From IMG/VR virus record IMGVR_UViG_3300012953_000012, positions 96,001 through 160,000 of that record: a stretch of DNA of 64,000 bases. One strand, 5' to 3'. The translations under genes were made by a program, and so were the position numbers. Positions 58,254 to 64,000 of this stretch are shown piece after piece. Source of the stretch: a virus. Its lineage: Duplodnaviria > Caudoviricetes. Every line of letters starts with the position of its first letter. Position 1 is the stretch's first letter. Below the pieces are notes generated by a model that ran no database searches, was not told the DNA's origin, and saw nothing but the letters and a program-made list of their open reading frames with translations.

Positions 58254-58857
58254 GTCGCCCCTTCACCCAGCACGCTCGACAGCGGGCCTCGTACATCCCC
58301 GTCGAGCCGACCTGCACCTGCTCCCCGGAGTCTTGATCAGGCAACCGGAACGAACGAGTGGCAGGCTTGCCACACACCTCGTCCCACTTCCACTGACCCC
58401 CCACGGTTCGTGTTCTTGTGGTCCCGTGTACGCATACGGCAGTCAGTTTGGTCACCTTGTCGGCCACCGCGAGAAGTCGTGCCATCGGCCCGAACGGCTG
58501 ACCATCAGAGTCGAGATCAAGCCCCGCGACGATGACCCGGCGACCTCTGTTTGCTTCTGACTCCAGCACGTCCACGATCTCGTCGTCAAGGAACTGCACC
58601 TCGTCCACTCCGATGACCTTCCCTGTCATGTAGAAGGGCTGTGTTCGGAGAAGGCGTTTGACGTGATCCACGTCCTTGACGGCGACCGCTTCCAGTGTGC
58701 CCCCAACGTGGGTCGCCAGCGAATCCTTGGAGTAGCGGTCGTCAATCGCGGGCTTCATCACAAGGGTGAACTGGTCCGCGATCTGGCACCGACGCAGACG
58801 CCGGATCAACTCCTCTGACTTGCCGCTGTACATGCAGCCTGTGATGGCCTCAAGCAT
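58249..58857 (-). CDS. tdk: thymidine kinase
   Basis: GCMYSGKSEEL P-loop, KPAIDDRY, VIGVDEVQF, GLDLD..PFG, YEARCRAC. Confidence 0.95.
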   Translation of the reverse strand: MLEAITGCMYSGKSEELIRRLRRCQIADQFTLVMKPAIDDRYSKDSLATHVGGTLEAVAVKDVDHVKRLLRTQPFYMTGKVIGVDEVQFLDDEIVDVLESEANRGRRVIVAGLDLDSDGQPFGPMARLLAVADKVTKLTAVCVHGTTRTRTVGGQWKWDEVCGKPATRSFRLPDQDSGEQVQVGSTGMYEARCRACWVKGRQ

Positions 58858-59527
58858 CCTCCTTCCCTCCGATCTGTTTGTAGAAGCGTGAGGCTCCTCC
58901 TGTGTCTCCAAAACCGGGGTCTCCCCGCACCTCATCTGCGGACAATGCCTGACCCAGTCCGTTGCCCCCGCCGTAGATCGTAGAGGTGGTGGAGATGTTG
59001 GCGGTGCGCCCGCCTGTGCTCTTGGTCACACCGCTCTGCTCATCCAATCGTGCGACAGGACAGCCGGATTCACAGATCCAGTTGGCTACCGTCTCCTTGC
59101 CGTCCTTGTCCGTGTGATTGAAGTAGGGGCGGTTCTGCTTCTCGGCAAAGCCGCCGTGCGCTGTAATGGGGGCGGCATGTCGGTGGGGTTTCGTCCCTCC
59201 AGTGATCCCCTTCACCTTCTTGACCCCAGCACGCCTACACCCGTCGAGGTGCTGGAGGACCACGTTCGCGGGCCACCTGCCGAGTTTCTGTGCGTCCGAA
59301 GGCACATAGGACGATCCCGCTGCGTACATGCCAGGGCCGTCACCGATGCCTGTCCTGTCAGCCATCAGGTTGTCCTTCCCTCGACGCACGACGCCTGTGA
59401 CAACGTGCGAGCCGTCACTGGAGATGCGGGATGCGTCGATATTCAACCCGCCCGTGCCGTGCTTCAAGGTGTTCGCGGCCACGGTGCCTTCGGAGAGAGG
59501 CTTACGGAGGACGTGGATCATCCTCAT
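58850..59527 (-). CDS. stand-alone middle (putative specificity) segment of beta-class DNA methyltransferase, copy A
   Basis: Same four conserved blocks as copy B with different intervening loops. ATGA overlap with the catalytic-half gene. Confidence 0.85.
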   Translation of the reverse strand: MRMIHVLRKPLSEGTVAANTLKHGTGGLNIDASRISSDGSHVVTGVVRRGKDNLMADRTGIGDGPGMYAAGSSYVPSDAQKLGRWPANVVLQHLDGCRRAGVKKVKGITGGTKPHRHAAPITAHGGFAEKQNRPYFNHTDKDGKETVANWICESGCPVARLDEQSGVTKSTGGRTANISTTSTIYGGGNGLGQALSADEVRGDPGFGDTGGASRFYKQIGGKEDA

Positions 59528-59528
59528 T
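59508..59528. repeat. 21-bp direct repeat at start of MTase middle segment A
   Basis: Identical to 58233-58253. Confidence 0.85.
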
Positions 59529-60126
59529 CCGGCTTCCTCCCCACACAAACCGGTTCCCACGAAGGTTTCAAAGCGGTTCCCCACCCATCCCAGCGTTGAG
59601 CCTTTTCAACAAGAGGGACGTGGTGCCTCTCCCCGCTCTCTTTCATGAAAGATCCCGGTCCCGCACCAAAACCTTGGCCTCTGTCCAGCGCACCCCTTTT
59701 CCCTTCAGTCTTTTGGGTTTTGTAGCGACCGTGATTCGGGCTTGTGGGATCAGGCCCCCCGTGGGGAACCCCACGCGCCGCCTTGTCCAGAGCCTTGCCG
59801 ATGTTCATGCTCTTGGGGAAGCCTGAGCCGTAGTTCCACGACTCGATCCGAAGGTCGGTGAACCCGGCCTCGGCCATAGCCGCAGCCATCCGATGATAGG
59901 TGCGAGTACCGGAGAACGCCTTGATGACCCCACCGGGTCGGAGCACTCGGTACACTTCGTCCCAGAGGTCGGCTGAGAAGGCGATGCCTGCGCCCTCGGC
60001 ATCCCACGTCTTGCCCATGAACGAGATGTGGTACGGAGGGTCGCAGATGAACGCTCCAACGAAGCCTTCCTCGTATTCACCGAGGACTTCCACACAGTCA
60101 CCGTGTCGTAGAGTCAGCCACTGCAT
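59524..60126 (-). CDS. N-terminal (catalytic, DPPY) part of beta-class N6A/N4C DNA methyltransferase
   Basis: HGDC, DPPY, RVLRPGG, YGSGFPKS, WGTALKPSWEP, then a stop at GRKPE. No SAM-binding FxGxG motif. Confidence 0.9.
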   Translation of the reverse strand: MQWLTLRHGDCVEVLGEYEEGFVGAFICDPPYHISFMGKTWDAEGAGIAFSADLWDEVYRVLRPGGVIKAFSGTRTYHRMAAAMAEAGFTDLRIESWNYGSGFPKSMNIGKALDKAARGVPHGGPDPTSPNHGRYKTQKTEGKRGALDRGQGFGAGPGSFMKESGERHHVPLVEKAQRWDGWGTALKPSWEPVCVGRKPE

Positions 60127-60134
60127 CGTGCCCC

Positions 60135-60959
60135 CTACAGTCCGAACAGGTCGTCGAGAGAAATGGTCTCGGGCTCGGCTTCGCGTGCCTCGGTGATCTC
60201 AGTGAGGTCGGAAGACACTTCGGCAGCGTTCCATCCAGCATCACGGGTGTTCCAGTACCGGACCCGGCCCTCGGCGATGGTCAGGTACTCCTTCTCCCGT
60301 TCGATGCCGATGAAGTCGTGCCCTGTCTGGACACAGGCGATGCCCGTAGTCCCGCTGCCCATGAACGGGTCCACCACAGGACCTACGTCCTTCGGCACAT
60401 CGTGGAGCAGCCGTGCCATGACGGCGTAGGGCTTCACGGTGGGGTGGACGTTGCGGCGCTTCTTCACCCGGTTCAGGCCGATGTCCTGACCTCCAGGTGC
60501 CTCGACATCCTCGCCTTCCTCGGTCGATGCGATGGCCCCCTGTGCGCCCCCGGACATGCCGAAGACCTTGAGGGGTAGGTGGTCCAGTCCGGCCTCACGT
60601 TCCTTGCGGGCGGCTTTGGCGACGTAGTGCATCTGGTCGGTCGTGCTGTCGGCCACCATGATGCAGTCGCGGACCTCAAAGCCAGTGTCCTCAGCGAAGC
60701 AGGCTCCGGTGTGTCCCGTGGGTTCAGCGGGGTCGTTGGCGAGCATCAGGTGTCCGCCCGGCTTCAAAGCCCGATGGGCCTCGGTGATCTCGTCGAGGGA
60801 GTCCAGAGAAGACTCCAGCACGATGCCGTGAACGCTCTCGTCCTCGTGCTGGGACCAGTCGTAGCCTTTGGTGGCGTAGACGAACACACCCTCGACCCCC
60901 TGGGGGTCACCGGGCGTGATCATGTCACGCAGGTAGTCAATCAGTTCGGGGTTCATCAC
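60135..60959 (-). CDS. SAM-binding part of beta-class DNA methyltransferase with degenerate catalytic motif
   Basis: YVAKA..ERE, HPTVKP, DPFMGSGTT, FIGIERE. Retains RALKPGG and GFEVRD but has no DPPY. Confidence 0.9.
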   Translation of the reverse strand: MMNPELIDYLRDMITPGDPQGVEGVFVYATKGYDWSQHEDESVHGIVLESSLDSLDEITEAHRALKPGGHLMLANDPAEPTGHTGACFAEDTGFEVRDCIMVADSTTDQMHYVAKAARKEREAGLDHLPLKVFGMSGGAQGAIASTEEGEDVEAPGGQDIGLNRVKKRRNVHPTVKPYAVMARLLHDVPKDVGPVVDPFMGSGTTGIACVQTGHDFIGIEREKEYLTIAEGRVRYWNTRDAGWNAAEVSSDLTEITEAREAEPETISLDDLFGL

Positions 60960-61092
60960 GGGCAGGTCCTCGGGTCACGGAGTGGGCAATAAGCACGACG
61001 GAGAGTGCCCACACGCAGGCCAATGTACCCACAACCTCCGCGACCCTACGGGTGCGTCGGAAGCGTCGGGGGCGCTTGGTTTTCATGGTCAT
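60937..61092 (-). CDS. small membrane protein (51 aa, not in ORF track)
   Basis: Arg-rich N-terminus then hydrophobic VVGTLACVWALSVVLIA. Overlaps the MTase start. Confidence 0.45.
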   Translation of the reverse strand: MTMKTKRPRRFRRTRRVAEVVGTLACVWALSVVLIAHSVTRGPARDEPRTD

Positions 61093-61106
61093 AGAAGGGA
61101 GTACCC

Positions 61107-61120
61107 GTTGGTCTGTCTAT
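61107..61120 (+). promoter_or_regulatory. TAG-N5-CTAT motif variant
   Basis: GTTGG TCTGT CTAT upstream of 61158. Confidence 0.35.
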
Positions 61121-61157
61121 GGTGACCCCCCATCGTAGACGACGAAGGAACACCCCG

Positions 61158-62609
61158 ATGCCCCGCTACCCAGCACCACAGGTCCAGTACAAGAAGGACG
61201 AACGAGCACGAGCGAAGCACATCGCGGCGGCTCGACGCGACTTCCGAGCCCTGTTGAAGGCGGTGGCACCGGACGCGGCGAAGATCAAGGCGCTCCACAA
61301 GCGAGATCAAAACAAGCAGAAGCGTGCGTTGGTCAAGAGCCTCAAGGGGCGGGGCGACGTGCGTGCATTTCTCGACAAGTACATGGGCACCGAGTCGGCG
61401 AGTCCGAAGGCGTACTCGTGGCGAAACACGGGGCAGTATCTGGTCCGGGACGCGGCGCTTGGGATCAAGAGCCTCCGGGATGTCCTGCCTGCACTGGACA
61501 AGGTGACGAGCAACGGCTTCCAGGCATTGACCGTCGAGGAGTTTCAAGCACCCCTGCGGTCTACGATCCCAGCCCTGCTGCGGGAGTACCTGCCCCAGAC
61601 GGTCGAGGTCAACGTAGACGAGAACGGGACCATCCAGCGGGTCACGGACAGGTTCAACAACGAGTACAAGACCCTGGCAGTCAAGATCGCCCACCAGAAG
61701 GCGCTCCTGAAGAAGTACAACGCCATCGCCAAGCGGGTGAAGCGGGACCTCAAGTCCTCGGACGAGATCACCCGGCTCTCGGCGCTGATCACATCGATCC
61801 TCATGGAGACCGGCATCCGACCCGGCAAGCGAGGCAACGGCGTGGTCAAGACCATCGGCGACAAGGAAGAGTTCATCGAAACCTTCGGAGCCGTGACCCT
61901 GGGGCCTGGGCACGTCAACTTCGTCCGGGACAACTTCGTGGAGTTGAGTTTCCTGGGCAAGATGACCGGCCAGAACACGGCCACGCTGTCCGACCGGGTG
62001 ATCATCAAGGCGCTCCAGGACTATGTGAACAACGCCCTCAAGTCGGGGAGCAAGTACGTCTTCGTGGCCGACGATGGCTACGAGTACACATACAACGACC
62101 TGTACAAGTACTTCCAGAAGCACTTCAAGGGGATTGACCCCACGGACTGGCGCAAACTCAAAGCCTCCGAGACCGTGTTCGATGCCATCCAGGAAGAACA
62201 GGAAGCCCTGTACAGCAGGATTCTGGCCTTCGCAGACAGCGAGGGTGATGATCTCATGGACCGGGTGACCGAAGAGATCGCAGCGACGTTGGACCGAGCC
62301 ATCGCCAAAGCCCAGGTCGCCCTGTCTCACGACAAGGCCACGACGACGAAGAAGCAGTACATCAACCCAGAGGTACTGCTTCGGTTCCTGAGCACCGCGA
62401 CGATGGGAGGCGCGACGTTCCGCGATGCCATCCTCGCAGGGAAGCCGACGTTGGCGTTTGACCCGCAACGGTTCATCGAGGTCGCCAGCGCAGCAGCCGT
62501 AGGCAAGAGAGCCAGCCGCCGTCTGCTCCTCGCCGGGGGTGCGGCCATGACCTTGGAAGAGATGCTGGACGTGCTGGCGGACTCACTGATGATTGAAGGG
62601 GAGAGGTAG
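61158..62609 (+). CDS. type IB DNA topoisomerase
   Basis: Catalytic pentad in order: GIRPG (R), FLGK (K), DWRK (R), LSH (H), QYINP (Y). AAGGA RBS supports start 61158. Confidence 0.85.
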   Translation: MPRYPAPQVQYKKDERARAKHIAAARRDFRALLKAVAPDAAKIKALHKRDQNKQKRALVKSLKGRGDVRAFLDKYMGTESASPKAYSWRNTGQYLVRDAALGIKSLRDVLPALDKVTSNGFQALTVEEFQAPLRSTIPALLREYLPQTVEVNVDENGTIQRVTDRFNNEYKTLAVKIAHQKALLKKYNAIAKRVKRDLKSSDEITRLSALITSILMETGIRPGKRGNGVVKTIGDKEEFIETFGAVTLGPGHVNFVRDNFVELSFLGKMTGQNTATLSDRVIIKALQDYVNNALKSGSKYVFVADDGYEYTYNDLYKYFQKHFKGIDPTDWRKLKASETVFDAIQEEQEALYSRILAFADSEGDDLMDRVTEEIAATLDRAIAKAQVALSHDKATTTKKQYINPEVLLRFLSTATMGGATFRDAILAGKPTLAFDPQRFIEVASAAAVGKRASRRLLLAGGAAMTLEEMLDVLADSLMIEGER

Positions 62610-62612
62610 ACG

Positions 62613-62882
62613 ATGGAAGTGAACCCGAAAGACCCGAAGACCTACATCCCTGTCCTGGTCGTCCTGGCGGGAACGCTCGGCGCGGGGTCGATGCTGGGAC
62701 TGACCATCGAACCGGAAGAGACTACGGCCCTACGGGTCGAGAACGCCATGCTCACAGAGCGCACGTCGAACCTGGAGGCGCAGACCGAGACCCTGGAAGC
62801 GCGGGTAGCATCCCTTGAACGGATCGTCGAAGGGTGCCGGGCGGTCGTGGATGCGTGCCGCACGGCGACCACAGGCCCATAG
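62613..62882 (+). CDS. membrane protein with coiled coil
   Basis: TM segment IPVLVVLAGTLGAG then heptads. Confidence 0.75.
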   Translation: MEVNPKDPKTYIPVLVVLAGTLGAGSMLGLTIEPEETTALRVENAMLTERTSNLEAQTETLEARVASLERIVEGCRAVVDACRTATTGP

Positions 62883-62898
62883 AGGGGAGACAAGACCC

Positions 62899-63228
62899 AT
62901 GATGAAGCACCTTTCCGACCTCATGACCGTGGTCCAGATCGCAGTGGTCTGGACCTTCGTCTTCTGCGCCGCAACCATCGTGGCCACCGGCCACGCACAG
63001 ACGCCAGGTCCGAAGATGGACCCTCAGTCGGCAGACGAAGCCATCGAGAACCTGGAAGAACTTATGGGTCAGTACGAGCAGGGTCAGTACGCGAACCAAC
63101 CATCGGGACTGGCAGCAGCACAAGCCAGGATCACGGAGTTGGAGATGGCCCTGGGACTGTTGAGCAAGCAACACGAAAGCCTACAGGCAGAGCACGTTGC
63201 ACTACAGGAACGGTGCGCCCAGCGGTGA
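62899..63228 (+). CDS. membrane/secreted protein with coiled coil
   Basis: GGGGAG RBS, hydrophobic N-terminus, helical C-terminus. Confidence 0.7.
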   Translation: MMKHLSDLMTVVQIAVVWTFVFCAATIVATGHAQTPGPKMDPQSADEAIENLEELMGQYEQGQYANQPSGLAAAQARITELEMALGLLSKQHESLQAEHVALQERCAQR

Positions 63229-63271
63229 CCCTACCGCCGCCACCATGACCCGTCCCGAAGGGGGGAGAGAG

Positions 63272-63595
63272 TCAAGCGTCTCCCTGGGATTGCTCGGCAG
63301 TCATAGCCAGAATGACCTCGTCCAACTCTCCTGCGATGTCTTTCAACTGTTGCCGTAGGGCGAGGGCTTCCAGCAGGGAGTGAGAAGTCACGTCGTGGAA
63401 GACCCTACGAGGAAGCACAGCCAGGATGGACCCCGTGCTCTCGGCAAGTGAGACCGCCATCTCATGAACCTCTTCCAGGTCCACGTCTGACACACCGCCC
63501 TCGGTCCAGAGGATCACGAGGTCGTAGGGACCCGCACGCACCGTGGTCCACGGCATGTTCACAGGAGTGCTGGGAGGAGGGGTTCGCCGGGTCAT
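63272..63595 (-). CDS. hypothetical protein
   Basis: The C-terminal part of track ORF 63272..63844 reads as protein from about 63595. Start uncertain. Confidence 0.6.
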   Translation of the reverse strand: MTRRTPPPSTPVNMPWTTVRAGPYDLVILWTEGGVSDVDLEEVHEMAVSLAESTGSILAVLPRRVFHDVTSHSLLEALALRQQLKDIAGELDEVILAMTAEQSQGDA

Positions 63596-64000
63596 GGGAG
63601 GGACTGTACCCCCCGCCTCGCCCCAGCCGTAGTATGGGCTCACAGGCATCCCTGTTGGGCGTGGGGTTGTGTGCGGGTTCCTTGGGGCATGATCGGGCCG
63701 GGTGGGGGGACGATGGACGTAAGATCCAGGTCGTGATCCTGCGTGAGAGCCGGAAAACCAGGGATCAAGACAAACAGGCATAGAAATCAGGAACCGAAAT
63801 GGGTTCGTAGTGATCCTGGCCGGGCCGGGCTGTAGCGATTCCAAACCTGGCCGCAGTGAAATCGGGAGTGATCTCTGTTCCGTGATCTCTGACCCCTAAG
63901 CCCGGACGACTGGCTTCTGCTGCTTTGAGTGAGTGGGTGCTTGAGATGGCGTGACACCTACGACAGTGATCCCACGTTGTTGTAGATCGGCAGAGCCCCG

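Noticed and set aside
59524-59527. Simple frameshift or pseudogene explanation for the MTase split
   Set aside because: The RKP junction strand is present in both ORFs, the middle segment has its own ATG and exists twice, and the SAM half lies upstream. A single indel cannot produce this.
61158-62609. Integrase call, or invertase for the 14424/14786 repeats
   Set aside because: Motif spacing (GIRPG..N, TFGAVTL, YINP) fits TopIB better than a lambda-type integrase, and nothing links it to the repeats.
1-64000. Numerous long antisense or alternate-frame ORFs in the track (e.g. 4308..5546, 5830..7272, 16877..18172, 20376..22256, 54410..55693, 61089..62468)
   Set aside because: They are shadows of real genes in GC-rich DNA, with no RBS, motifs or protein-like composition.
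1-64000. CRISPR array, DGR template/variable repeat pair, retron or intron
   Set aside because: I saw no regularly spaced repeats, no reverse transcriptase, no adenine-specific repeat pair and no interrupted conserved genes.

Overview
This window is 64 kb of a GC-rich, large (probably jumbo) contractile-tailed phage genome. It contains no rRNA, tRNA, CRISPR array, integrase or IS element that I can support. Positions 1-51261 are mostly plus-strand. They carry a 5'-truncated NAD+-dependent DNA ligase, neck and tail-completion genes, an actin-fold ATPase, several small DNA/RNA-binding proteins (HeH/Rho-N, tandem cold-shock, Hc1 histone-like), a DEDDh exonuclease and a thermonuclease. They also carry a long tail/baseplate module: tube, chaperones, tape measure, two tube initiators, hub, spike and a 3824-aa protein. 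A lytic transglycosylase and a CxxCH lipoprotein follow. Positions 51251-61092 form a translationally coupled minus-strand accessory operon with a SWIM protein, a SET-domain methyltransferase and thymidine kinase. My top candidate for a new system is in this operon: a beta-class amino-DNA methyltransferase split into separate SAM-binding, catalytic (DPPY) and two alternative putative specificity genes. A type IB topoisomerase and two membrane coiled-coil genes end the window. Non-gene signals are a recurrent TAG-N5-CTAT upstream motif, a perfect 25-bp inverted repeat enclosing the Hc1 gene, a structured intergenic RNA candidate (49006-49199), a shared N-terminal tag on two otherwise unrelated proteins, and a GATC-rich non-coding end. 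All family calls come from motifs recognised by eye; no searches were run.
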